Source: Herpetosiphonaceae bacterium
GTDB taxonomy: Bacteria > Chloroflexota > Chloroflexia > Chloroflexales > Herpetosiphonaceae
Assembly: GCA_013538855.1 (NCBI GenBank)
Contig: JABXJS010000091.1
Span: 1-54,973 of the forward strand
Direction of reading: 5' to 3'
Length of the DNA: 54,973 nt
Shown: piece by piece, positions 19,918-28,223 of the stretch
Numbering within the stretch: the stretch's first letter is position 1
Layout of the letters: each line of letters starts with the position of its first letter
Made by a program: the position numbers and the translations under genes
The notes under the pieces: model-generated
The model's input: the letters and a program-made list of their open reading frames with translations, nothing else
Databases searched by the model: none
Told to the model about the DNA's origin: nothing

Positions 19918-20913
19918 TCACGCTGTGGGGCGCTTGTCGAAATATTCACGGATGTCGCTAGCGCGCCGTCTGCGCCGCAGCAGCCACGCCAGGCCCGGCA
20001 GCTCGGCCACAGTCGCGCGCAGCGACTCGCGCGCTGGTGCAAAGGGGGAGAAGAACACCACTAGCAAGAGCAAAAACATATTTTCAAAGAAGGGGATCGT
20101 CATTACAAGCCAGATGCCCAAGTGCATCAGCACCAGCCCGATGGCCCACACGCGATGCAGGCGCGGCCGCAGCGCCGCCACCAATGCAAACGTTTCCAGA
20201 TACAGCGTCAGCAGGTACAGCGGCCAGCCAAGCAGCGGATAGTCGATAAACAGCGGCCCCAACATGCTCTGCGAGTTCGTCTGGTTCAGTCGAAAGGCCA
20301 CATGGTGCGCCAGCGCCTGCGGATGCAGCGCGCTCACCTGCCCCAGCCCAAGCTGCCAAACAGCATGGCCCAGCTTAATCAGGCCCGAGAGCGTGTAGAA
20401 CGTTAAGATCAAGATCTGCGTTGTGCGAAACACCAGCAAAAAGCGCTGGCGCTGGCTGATCGAAGCGCGCAGCACCTCCGCGCGCCCGCTTGGCAGCAGC
20501 GCGAACATGGCCAAGATGGCGATCCACATATGAAAGCCATGGTTCATCTTGCCAAAGGAGTTGGCGAAGGCGGCAAACTCCAAAAACGCGAGGCAGATCA
20601 CAACCCGCAGCCAGCGCCAGTCAGGCCGAAACACCCCGAGCAGCGTGGAGCCGATCAGCAGCAGATCGATCAGCGTTACTGCGAAGGCGATGTGATCTTG
20701 CGGGATCCAGCGCGTCGGCCAAATCGGCCGCAGCTGCTCAACCTCGATCCACAGCGCCCAGGAGTTGCCCACAAAGATTAAGGCGCGCAGAAAGAGCACG
20801 AAGTAGAGGATACGCATCAACAGCCAGGCTTGGTCAAAGCGCCAGCGCTGGAGCCGCAGGGCGGCGGCCATGCTGTGATCGTGTTCATCTGGCGGAGCAA
20901 GAAAAGCTATCAT
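19918..20913 (-). CDS. Polytopic membrane protein, possibly HTTM (vitamin K-dependent gamma-carboxylase-like / SdpB-like) family
   Basis: 331 aa with >=6 hydrophobic helices. The segment ...FANSFGKMNHGFHMW... resembles the K...NH core of HTTM. Assignment made by eye only. Confidence 0.55.
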   Translation of the reverse strand: MIAFLAPPDEHDHSMAAALRLQRWRFDQAWLLMRILYFVLFLRALIFVGNSWALWIEVEQLRPIWPTRWIPQDHIAFAVTLIDLLLIGSTLLGVFRPDWRWLRVVICLAFLEFAAFANSFGKMNHGFHMWIAILAMFALLPSGRAEVLRASISQRQRFLLVFRTTQILILTFYTLSGLIKLGHAVWQLGLGQVSALHPQALAHHVAFRLNQTNSQSMLGPLFIDYPLLGWPLYLLTLYLETFALVAALRPRLHRVWAIGLVLMHLGIWLVMTIPFFENMFLLLLVVFFSPFAPARESLRATVAELPGLAWLLRRRRRASDIREYFDKRPTA

Positions 20914-21390
20914 CTAGGGCTGCTTCTTAAAGATACAAACTGGCTGCTCAGCAATGAACTGCTGATTGTGCCAGCGGTCAAGGAGATCATAGGTACGCTG
21001 CATCACGGTATACTCAACCAGCGCATGGTCGGCGAGAAAAACGGTGTTGAAGTAGTCGGCAATCGGCAGATTGGGATCGTTGCGCCCCTGGCAGTTGGTG
21101 CCGAGACGGCCGATGATCACGCTGGCGTCTACGGAGTGCGCCTGTTTGAAGTAGGCCGTGGCCTGCTCAAAGTAGAGCGGCGGGTCAAGCGCTGTCCCAT
21201 CCACAGCCGTAATCTTCACACCATAGTCGACCACAACCGAGCCAGGCACTACCGAGAAAAGATCCCACGAGAAGATCGGAAACACCTCGGTCGGGCCACT
21301 TGGCCAGAGAAAGCGTAGCCCCACTGCGATCAGCGCATAGAGCACCACAATACTCGCTAAAGCATATTTCAAACGCTGGACAGATCGCAT
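20914..21390 (-). CDS. Hypothetical membrane-anchored protein (N-terminal TM plus ~125-aa extracytoplasmic domain), translationally coupled to the downstream HTTM-like gene
   Basis: 158 aa. The start of the HTTM-like gene at 20913 abuts this gene's stop. No recognisable motif. An AT-rich divergent promoter region lies upstream at 21391-21499. Confidence 0.55.
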   Translation of the reverse strand: MRSVQRLKYALASIVVLYALIAVGLRFLWPSGPTEVFPIFSWDLFSVVPGSVVVDYGVKITAVDGTALDPPLYFEQATAYFKQAHSVDASVIIGRLGTNCQGRNDPNLPIADYFNTVFLADHALVEYTVMQRTYDLLDRWHNQQFIAEQPVCIFKKQP

Positions 21391-21499
21391 ACAATACTCC
21401 TCAACACGCTAGCGCCAGCATACCATAGATTTGAGACATCACTCCACCATTAACCGTATTTAAAAAAGACAGCATACAAGTAGAAAATAGGGACCACTT

Positions 21500-22138
21500 A
21501 TGGCTGCATTTCGCTTTTTAGTCGATTGGTACAACATCCCTTTTTTGATCGCCCTTGGCTGCGGGTTGCTTTTTACCATCCTGCAAATTATCGGCGGCCT
21601 TGGCGACCACGACTCTGATGTCGATGTCGATGTTGATGCCCACGCTGATGTTGACGTAGACGGCGATTTCTTCGGCGATCTGCTGTCCACGCTCGGCATC
21701 GGAACCGTGCCGTTTATCCTCGTTGTGATGACGGTGCTGCTAACGTTTGGCAGCATTGGGCTGCTGTTCAACGCCGTCATCCGCACGTTCAGCGCCACCT
21801 ATCCAAGCTGGATGTTCTTTGTTGTGTTGATCGCCACAGCTATTCTGACTGTGCCGCTCGCTGGGCGACTAGTGCGCATGCTTGGCAGTATCGCCGCCGA
21901 TAGCACCACCGCGATTGGCTTTGAGCAGCTCGTCGGGCGCATGGGCGTTGTCGTGAGCACCAGCGTTAGCCCATCCTATGGGCGCGTGCAGGTGCGCGAT
22001 AATCACGGCTCAATTCATACCGTGTATGCAGTTAGCACAAGCGAGACAATACCAGAGCAGAGCGAAGTTGCGCTGCTGTCCTACGACTCAGGCAAACGCT
22101 GCTTTATTGTGAAACCGATGGGCCGAATTAACGTATAA
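21500..22138 (+). CDS. NfeD-like (YqiJ-type) membrane protein with C-terminal OB-fold domain
   Basis: N-terminal TM. Acidic DHDSDVDVDVDAHADVDVD segment. Further TMs, then a C-terminal beta-rich domain (GRMGVVVSTSVSPSYGRVQVRDNHGSIHTVYAVS). Sits immediately upstream of the flotillin gene. Confidence 0.7.
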   Translation: MAAFRFLVDWYNIPFLIALGCGLLFTILQIIGGLGDHDSDVDVDVDAHADVDVDGDFFGDLLSTLGIGTVPFILVVMTVLLTFGSIGLLFNAVIRTFSATYPSWMFFVVLIATAILTVPLAGRLVRMLGSIAADSTTAIGFEQLVGRMGVVVSTSVSPSYGRVQVRDNHGSIHTVYAVSTSETIPEQSEVALLSYDSGKRCFIVKPMGRINV

Positions 22139-22171
22139 AGCCTTACAAAATACGTTGGTGCTGGCGCAAGA

Positions 22172-24430
22172 ATGCCAGAGAAAGGGTTTGTTCGTATGGG
22201 TGCTCAGGATATTGCGATCGTAGTAGGCTTAATCGTCGGTGCGGTCGTTCTGTTCGGGCTTGCATTTCTAGCGTTTGTATCACGCTTCTATGTCAAGGCT
22301 CCGGCTGATCGTGCGTATGTGCGCACTGGTGGCACGAAACCCAAAGTTGTGCTCAATGGCGGCAGCTGGGTTATTCCAGCGTTCCACCAGATCACATGGG
22401 TCGATCTGCGCACAATGGACATCGACGTGGAGCGCACCGCCGATAATGCGCTCTTGACCATCGACCCCCAGTATGCCGATATTCGGGCGATCTTCTTTAT
22501 CAAAGTCAATCCAATTGACGAAGATATCGAGCGCGCCGCCCGCACCATCGGCGGCGGCGAGGTCAATACCGGCAGCGTGAAACGGTTGGTTGAAAGCAAG
22601 CTCGAAGGCGCACTGCGCGACGTTGCCGCCACATTCACCTTGATGTCGCTGCACCAAGAGCGTGAAAAGTTCGTCGAGCGCGTGCAAAATCTCGTCCGCG
22701 GCGATCTTTCCGAGAACGGTCTGGTGCTTGAGGCTGTCTCGATCACGGCGCTCAAGAGCGCACGCCAGGGCAGCTTCGGCGTCGATGACGTGTTCGGTGC
22801 CCAGGTGGCCCGTGCCAACGCCGAGATCATCCAGAACGCCTTGAAACAGCGCAATGAGATCGATCAAAACACACAGACTGAGATATCCAAGCGCAACGCC
22901 ACCGCCGAGCAAGAGCGCAACGATATCGAGCGCCAGAAGAGCCTCGAGATCGCACGCCGCAACGCGCTGGTGATGCGCGAGCAGAACGATATCGAGCGCC
23001 AGGCAGAGCTAGAAATCGCCACGCGCAACGCGACCGTTGAGCAAGAGAAGCTGACGCTTGAGCGGAACATCGCGCAGTCGCGGGCAACCCAGCAGCGCGA
23101 AATCTTGATCCGCCAGTCCGAAGAGCAGTCCGCCGCCGAGCAGGTCTCGTACCAGCAGCAGCGCGCCGCCGAGCTGGCCCGCGTGGAGAAAGAGCGCGCG
23201 ATCGCCGAGGCCGAGAAATCCAAAGAGCAGTCGGTGCTGCTGGCCGAGCAGCGCAAGCAGCAGGCGATCCAGCTCGCCGAGCAAGAGCGCGAGCGCGAAG
23301 TGCAGCGCTCCGTCGTGCTCAAAGAGCAGTCGGTGCAGGTGGCCGACCAAGAGCGCCGCGTCGCGCTGGCGCAGCAGCAGGCCAAGCTTGAGGCCGCCGA
23401 GAAAGAGCGCCTGGCCATCGCCGCCGAGCGCGAGGCCGCCGAGCAGGAGGTGTTCACCGTTCAGGAGCGCGCCGCCGCCGAGCGCGAGGCGCAGATTCAA
23501 ATCATCAACGCCGAGCGCGATGCCAAGCGCGAGATGATCAACCGCCGCAACGAGGTTGAGATCGAGGCCTTCAAACAAGTTAAGGATGCCGAGGCCCAGG
23601 CCGAGGCGCTCAACAAGCGGGCGATCGCCGAGGCCACCGCCGCAATCAAGATGGCCGAGGCGCGCCGCACCGAGGCCCAGGCCGAGTCCGATGCCGAGAA
23701 GCTGCGGGCAGAGGCCGCCCGCGCCTCTGCCGCCGCCGCCGGTCTGGCCGAGGCCGAGGTGATCAAGGCCAAGGCCGAGGCCGCCGCACTCGAAGCGCAG
23801 GCGATCAAGGCCCGTGGTCTGGCCGAGGCTGAAGCAATCAAGGCGAAAGCGCTGGCCGAGGCCGAAGGTCAGCACGCCATGGCCGATGCGCTGGCCGCCA
23901 ATGAGGGCGTGGCACAGCGCCTGGAGCTGGAGCGCATCCGCGTCAACGCCCAGGTCGAGATTGGTGTGGCCCAGGCGCAGGCGCTTGGTGAGGCGATGGC
24001 CGCAATGGACTTCCGTCTGTACGGCACGCCTGAGACCGCCCAGCAGCTGCTGCGCATGGTCGGCATGACCGATGGCTTGAACTCGCTGTTCAACGCTGCC
24101 CCGCCACAGGTGCGCGACCTCGGTACCCGCCTGATGGAGCGTGTGCTGCCGAATGGCAATGGCCATACCGATGCGCCTGCGAGCCTCAGCAGTGGCTTTG
24201 ATCTAAGCAGTGCGCAGCCACTGCTGGCCCAGAGCAGCACGATTGTCCGTGCGCTGCTCAGCGAGGAGGAGCTGAAAAACATGACCGTTGATGCGGCACT
24301 CAAGGCCGCCCTTGATGTGGTCGAGGACGCTGAGCAGCGCGCAACGCTGCTCCAGCTCCAGGGCATCCTGCTGCTGCTGCCGCAGATCAACCAGCAGCCA
24401 GCTGCCGACATGCTCGCCATAGCTGTCTAG
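22172..24430 (+). CDS. Flotillin-like SPFH/band-7 protein (YqiK/FloT type) with long Ala/Glu-rich coiled-coil
   Basis: 752 aa. N-terminal TM, an SPFH domain, then ~350 aa of EA-rich heptads (AEAEAIKAKAEAAALEAQ...) and a C-terminal flotillin tail. Confidence 0.85.
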   Translation: MPEKGFVRMGAQDIAIVVGLIVGAVVLFGLAFLAFVSRFYVKAPADRAYVRTGGTKPKVVLNGGSWVIPAFHQITWVDLRTMDIDVERTADNALLTIDPQYADIRAIFFIKVNPIDEDIERAARTIGGGEVNTGSVKRLVESKLEGALRDVAATFTLMSLHQEREKFVERVQNLVRGDLSENGLVLEAVSITALKSARQGSFGVDDVFGAQVARANAEIIQNALKQRNEIDQNTQTEISKRNATAEQERNDIERQKSLEIARRNALVMREQNDIERQAELEIATRNATVEQEKLTLERNIAQSRATQQREILIRQSEEQSAAEQVSYQQQRAAELARVEKERAIAEAEKSKEQSVLLAEQRKQQAIQLAEQEREREVQRSVVLKEQSVQVADQERRVALAQQQAKLEAAEKERLAIAAEREAAEQEVFTVQERAAAEREAQIQIINAERDAKREMINRRNEVEIEAFKQVKDAEAQAEALNKRAIAEATAAIKMAEARRTEAQAESDAEKLRAEAARASAAAAGLAEAEVIKAKAEAAALEAQAIKARGLAEAEAIKAKALAEAEGQHAMADALAANEGVAQRLELERIRVNAQVEIGVAQAQALGEAMAAMDFRLYGTPETAQQLLRMVGMTDGLNSLFNAAPPQVRDLGTRLMERVLPNGNGHTDAPASLSSGFDLSSAQPLLAQSSTIVRALLSEEELKNMTVDAALKAALDVVEDAEQRATLLQLQGILLLLPQINQQPAADMLAIAV

Positions 24431-24453
24431 CCTAGCGCACAGCCCGACGCCAA

Positions 24454-24493
24454 CCGCCGCTCGCACTCCACGAGCGGCGGTTGTGTGATTCTT
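24454..24493 (+). terminator. Rho-independent terminator of the nfeD-flotillin operon
   Basis: Perfect 10-bp stem ccgccgctcg-cactcca-cgagcggcgg followed by ttgtgtgattctt. Confidence 0.6.
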
Positions 24494-24510
24494 CGAGAGT
24501 GGGCTATAAT
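24481..24510 (+). promoter_or_regulatory. Promoter candidate for the purH leader
   Basis: ttgtgt - 18 nt - tataat (24505-24510). Confidence 0.35.
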
Positions 24511-24515
24511 GCACC

Positions 24516-24616
24516 TGTCGGTAACTGGCGAAATCGACGTGGGCAACCACGGGGGAGCCGACGCACACCAAAGCCGCTCGCCTGGGCTGGGCACCGCTGC
24601 GCGCTGCCCCTTTTTT
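24516..24616 (+). ncRNA. Candidate ZTP (ZMP/ZTP-sensing, pfl motif) riboswitch with intrinsic-terminator expression platform
   Basis: 5' sub-domain GUCGGUAACUGGCGAAAUCGAC-GUGGGCAACCAC-GGGGGAGCC (P1, P2 hairpin, conserved ACUGGCG and CGGGGGAGC). After a linker comes CCGCUCGCCUGGGCUGGGC (conserved CGCCUGGGC of the 3' sub-domain). Then a hairpin gggcaccgc/gcgctgccc plus T6 (24589-24616). The feature sits directly upstream of purH, the classic ZTP-regulated gene. Confidence 0.55.
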
Positions 24617-24630
24617 GTGCGGAGGAATAC

Positions 24631-26151
24631 ATGCGAGCGATTATCAGTGTTTCAGACAAACGTGGTATAGCCGAGTTTGCGCAGCAGCTCGCCGATCTCC
24701 AGATCGAGCTGTTCTCAACCGGCGGCACCAAACAGGCCCTGCAAAGCGCCAGCGTTCCCGTTCAAAGCGTTAGCGCGCTCACTGGCTTCCCAGAGATCTT
24801 AGGCGGTCGCGTCAAGACGCTGCACCCAGCTGTGCATGGCGGCATCTTGGCCCGTCGCGATGTGCCCGAAGACCTAGCCCAGCTCGATGAGCACGCCATC
24901 GGGCAGATCGATCTCGTCGTGGTTAATCTCTACCCCTTTGCGCAAACAATCGCACGGCCCGAGGTAACACTCGCCGAGGCCGTCGAGCAGATCGACATCG
25001 GCGGCCCCACCATGGTGCGCGCCGCTGCCAAAAATCACGCCCATGTCCTCATCGTGGTCGACCCTGCCGACTATGAGCGCGTCGCCGCAGCCCTGCGCAC
25101 CAACGCTGTTACGCCCGAGCTACGCCGTGAGCTGGCGGCCAAAGCCTTCGCCCACACCGCAGCCTACGACAGCGCCATCGCCGCCTATCTCACAACCGAC
25201 GAGTTCCCGCAGGCGCTCACACTGCCTTGGGAGCTAGCCCAGAGCCTGCGCTATGGCGAGAATCCGCATCAGGCCGCCGCATTCTATCGCGCTCCCAGCG
25301 CTGCGCCTAACACGCTCGCCCAAGCGGTGCAGCTCCAGGGCAAAGAGCTGTCGTACAACAACCTGCTCGATGCCGATGCGGCACTTCAGGCTGTGCAGGC
25401 GTTCGCCGAGCCAACCGTCGCGGTGATCAAACATACGAATCCGTGCGGTCTCGCCTCCAACGATAATCTGATCATCGCACACGAGCAGGCGCGCGCTGGC
25501 GATCCACTCTCAGCCTTCGGCGGCATCGTCGGCGTTAATCGGCCGGTCGATGGCGGACTCGCCGAAAAACTCAAAAAGTACTTCTATGAGGTGATCATCG
25601 CGCCAGACTTCAGCGAAAATGCGCTGGCCATTTTGGGAGCCAAGACCAACCTGCGCCTGCTGAAGGTTGCCAGCGCTCAGCCTAGCGCGCCCAGCCTAGA
25701 GTACCGCTCGGTCAGCGGCGGCCTACTGGTGCAGGCAACCGATCAGGTCGCCAACGACGATCCAAGCACATGGCGCGTGGTGAGCAAGCTCCAGCCAACA
25801 GCGCAGCAGATGGAGGCGCTGACATGGGCGTGGCGCGCCTGCGCGCTGGTCAAGTCCAATGCGATTGTGCTCGGCCAAGGTCGCCAGCTTGTCGGAATGG
25901 GCGCGGGGCAGCCATCACGGGTCGACTCAGTGCTGATCGCTGTGCGCAAAGCTGGCGAGCAGGCGCAGGGCAGCGTCTTGGCCTCGGACGCCTTCTTTCC
26001 CAAGGCCGACGCCGTGCAGACCGCCATTGATGCTGGCGTGACCGCGATCATCCAGCCCGGCGGCTCACAAGGTGATCCCGAAGTTATTGCGCTTGCTGAT
26101 GCCGCTGGCATCGCCATGGTCTTTACTGGCACGCGCCACTTCAAGCACTAG
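24631..26151 (+). CDS. purH: Bifunctional AICAR transformylase / IMP cyclohydrolase
   Basis: MRAIISVSDKRGIAEFAQ...LFSTGGT... is the MGS-like IMPCH domain, followed by the AICARFT domain. RBS ggagg at 24621-24625. The ORF-track start at 24481 is an upstream in-frame artefact spanning the leader. Confidence 0.9.
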   Translation: MRAIISVSDKRGIAEFAQQLADLQIELFSTGGTKQALQSASVPVQSVSALTGFPEILGGRVKTLHPAVHGGILARRDVPEDLAQLDEHAIGQIDLVVVNLYPFAQTIARPEVTLAEAVEQIDIGGPTMVRAAAKNHAHVLIVVDPADYERVAAALRTNAVTPELRRELAAKAFAHTAAYDSAIAAYLTTDEFPQALTLPWELAQSLRYGENPHQAAAFYRAPSAAPNTLAQAVQLQGKELSYNNLLDADAALQAVQAFAEPTVAVIKHTNPCGLASNDNLIIAHEQARAGDPLSAFGGIVGVNRPVDGGLAEKLKKYFYEVIIAPDFSENALAILGAKTNLRLLKVASAQPSAPSLEYRSVSGGLLVQATDQVANDDPSTWRVVSKLQPTAQQMEALTWAWRACALVKSNAIVLGQGRQLVGMGAGQPSRVDSVLIAVRKAGEQAQGSVLASDAFFPKADAVQTAIDAGVTAIIQPGGSQGDPEVIALADAAGIAMVFTGTRHFKH

Positions 26152-26231
26152 TCGATGTGCCGAAACACCCGCTTTGGAGAGCGCAGCCGCGCCGCTGGCG
26201 CTCTCCACCTGTATGGAGCAGCAAGAAATCC

Positions 26232-26870
26232 ATGATCCAGCTTAAGTTCGACACCAATGGACTCATCCCTGCTGTCGTGCAGCACGCCCGCAGCGGGGAG
26301 GTGCTGATGGTTGGCTACATGAACGCCGCCGCATTGGAGCAGACCCAAGCCACCGGCAAGGTGACATTTTGGAGCCGCTCACGCCAGCAGCTGTGGACCA
26401 AGGGCGAGACCAGCGGCAACACGCTTGGCCTTGTCGCTATCCGCACCGACTGCGACACCGACGCACTGCTGGTGCTCGCCGAGCCGACAGGCCCGACGTG
26501 CCACACCGGTGCGCGCTCATGCTTCAGCACGACGCTCACCGGCGAGTCGCAGCCCCAGCCCGCTGTGCCAAGCACATTTAGCGCACTGCTGTACGACCTG
26601 CTTGTCGAGCGCGCCCGCACGCGTCCCGTCGGCTCGTACACCACCTACCTGCTCGAAAAAGGCGTTGATAAAATTGGCAAAAAAATCGGCGAAGAGTCCG
26701 CCGAGGTGATCATCGCCGCCAAAAACAACAACCCAGAGGAGCTGCGCAACGAGGCCAGCGATCTGATCTACCATCTCTATGTGCTGCTGGTCAACGCCGG
26801 CATGGCCCCAGAGCAAATCTGGCAGACACTCGCCGAGCGCCACACCACGTCAACAGCTGAGGATGCCTAG
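26232..26870 (+). CDS. hisIE: Bifunctional phosphoribosyl-AMP cyclohydrolase / phosphoribosyl-ATP pyrophosphatase
   Basis: The HisI region (...GYMNAAALEQTQATGKVTFWSRSRQQLWTKGETSGN...) is followed by the HisE region (...EVIIAAKNNNPEELRNEASDLIYHLYVLL...). Confidence 0.85.
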   Translation: MIQLKFDTNGLIPAVVQHARSGEVLMVGYMNAAALEQTQATGKVTFWSRSRQQLWTKGETSGNTLGLVAIRTDCDTDALLVLAEPTGPTCHTGARSCFSTTLTGESQPQPAVPSTFSALLYDLLVERARTRPVGSYTTYLLEKGVDKIGKKIGEESAEVIIAAKNNNPEELRNEASDLIYHLYVLLVNAGMAPEQIWQTLAERHTTSTAEDA

Positions 26871-26872
26871 CC

Positions 26873-27646
26873 GTGCGCGCCTCAACGCCAACACCGCCAG
26901 CGCGGCACATCCTCGGCGTGCGCATCGACGACATCACCATGGACGAAACGCTGGCGCAGATCCAGCATATGCTCAGCGACGGGGCCACCCACCAGATTGT
27001 TACGGTCAATCCCGAGTTTGTGATGACCGCGCAGCACAACGCCGCCTTTCGCGCCGTGCTAGCGCAGGCCGATCTGGCAGTTCCCGACGGCGTTGGGCTG
27101 CTGTATGCCGCGCGCTGGCAAGGTCAGCCGCTGCGCGAGCGAGTCACCGGCGTCGCCTTAGCCGAGCGGCTGGCCCAGGCCAGCGCAACACACGGGTGGC
27201 GCATCTTTCTGCTTGGAGCCGCGCCTGGCGTCGCGGAGCGCGCAGCGGCTGTGCTGCAACAGCGCTATCCAGGCTGCCAGATTGTCGGCACACTGGCTGG
27301 GTCGCCTAGAGCAGCAGATTATCCGGTCGTTGCCGCAGCGCTGACAGCCAGCCAGCCCGATATTGTGCTCGTAGCCTACGGAGCGCCAGCACAAGATCTC
27401 TGGATCGCCGAGCACAAGGCGGAGCTACAGCTACGACTAGGGATCGGAGTTGGCGGCACCTTCGACTACCTTGCCGGAGTTCAGCCGCATGCCCCACGCT
27501 GGCTGCGCCAAATTGGGTTAGAATGGTTGTATCGTTTGATCACTCAGCCGCAGCGCTGGCGACGCATCCTGACCGCCGTTCCCGTGTTTGGATGGGCAGC
27601 GTGGCGAGAAGCGCGGAAGGTACGTCGTGCAAAGCGTAACCCATAA
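26873..27646 (+). CDS. WecB/TagA/CpsF-family glycosyltransferase (N-acetylmannosaminyl-transferase-like)
   Basis: ...VTVNPEFVMTAQHNAAFRAVLAQADLAVPDGVGLLYAAR...FLLGAAPGVAE... GTG start 2 nt after the hisIE stop. Confidence 0.75.
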   Translation: MRASTPTPPARHILGVRIDDITMDETLAQIQHMLSDGATHQIVTVNPEFVMTAQHNAAFRAVLAQADLAVPDGVGLLYAARWQGQPLRERVTGVALAERLAQASATHGWRIFLLGAAPGVAERAAAVLQQRYPGCQIVGTLAGSPRAADYPVVAAALTASQPDIVLVAYGAPAQDLWIAEHKAELQLRLGIGVGGTFDYLAGVQPHAPRWLRQIGLEWLYRLITQPQRWRRILTAVPVFGWAAWREARKVRRAKRNP

Positions 27647-28223
27647 CGAAACCTTGTTCTGTATTAATCACCCCGATGAAGAGACAGTGCTGCAATGCTC
27701 GAAGTGTTTGCAGCCGATTTGCACGCGCTGCGCCATTCGCACGCCGGTTGGTCTGCGCTGCCCTGAGTGCAGCGGGGCCAAACGCACCCGTGATGGCAGC
27801 TACTATGTGCCAAGCTTGCTGAGCCAAGTCAGCACGCGGCAATATGTGCAGGCCGTGCTGGCAGCCTGCGGCATCGCCCTCATCGGCGGCATTGCCTGGG
27901 GGCAGTGGCGCTACGCTGGCGACTTCAGCGACTGGAGCTTTTGGTGGATGCTGCTCATCAGCGTCTGTGCTGGCGAAGGGGTAGCGCGGGCGGCCAACGA
28001 TCGGCGCACCGTCGGCCTCCAGTGGATTGCCGCCAGCAGCGTGCTTATTGCGGCCGTGGTCGCCACAGCCTGGAATATGCTGATCACGCTCGACTGGCCA
28101 ATCGACCGCCTTGGCGTGCTATTCGGCCATGAGGAAGTGCGCTCGTTGATCGGCTTATCGCTAGCCAACGGACTTTTTGTCATTCTTGGTATGGTTATAG
28201 CTTCACGGCGGTTGCAACAATGA
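27588..28223 (+). CDS. Double zinc-ribbon protein with 4 C-terminal TM helices (function unknown)
   Basis: CxxC-x4-CxxC...CPEC cysteine cluster (LQCSKCLQPICTRCAIRTPVGLRCPECSG) followed by hydrophobic helices. The start is uncertain: TTG at 27588, or GTG near 27624. Confidence 0.6.
   Translation: MDGQRGEKRGRYVVQSVTHNETLFCINHPDEETVLQCSKCLQPICTRCAIRTPVGLRCPECSGAKRTRDGSYYVPSLLSQVSTRQYVQAVLAACGIALIGGIAWGQWRYAGDFSDWSFWWMLLISVCAGEGVARAANDRRTVGLQWIAASSVLIAAVVATAWNMLITLDWPIDRLGVLFGHEEVRSLIGLSLANGLFVILGMVIASRRLQQ

Noticed and set aside
22864-24420. Several long minus-strand ORFs (23009-24166, 22864-23457, 23869-24420) in the flotillin gene
   Set aside because: They are generated by the GCC/GAG repeat of the EA coiled-coil region. 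They are Ala/Ser/Arg/Leu low-complexity.
24481-24630. N-terminal 50-aa extension of purH from the ORF track (MCDSSRVGYNAPVGN...)
   Set aside because: It spans the structured leader and terminator hairpin. The real start at 24631 has a ggagg RBS and matches the PurH family N-terminus.
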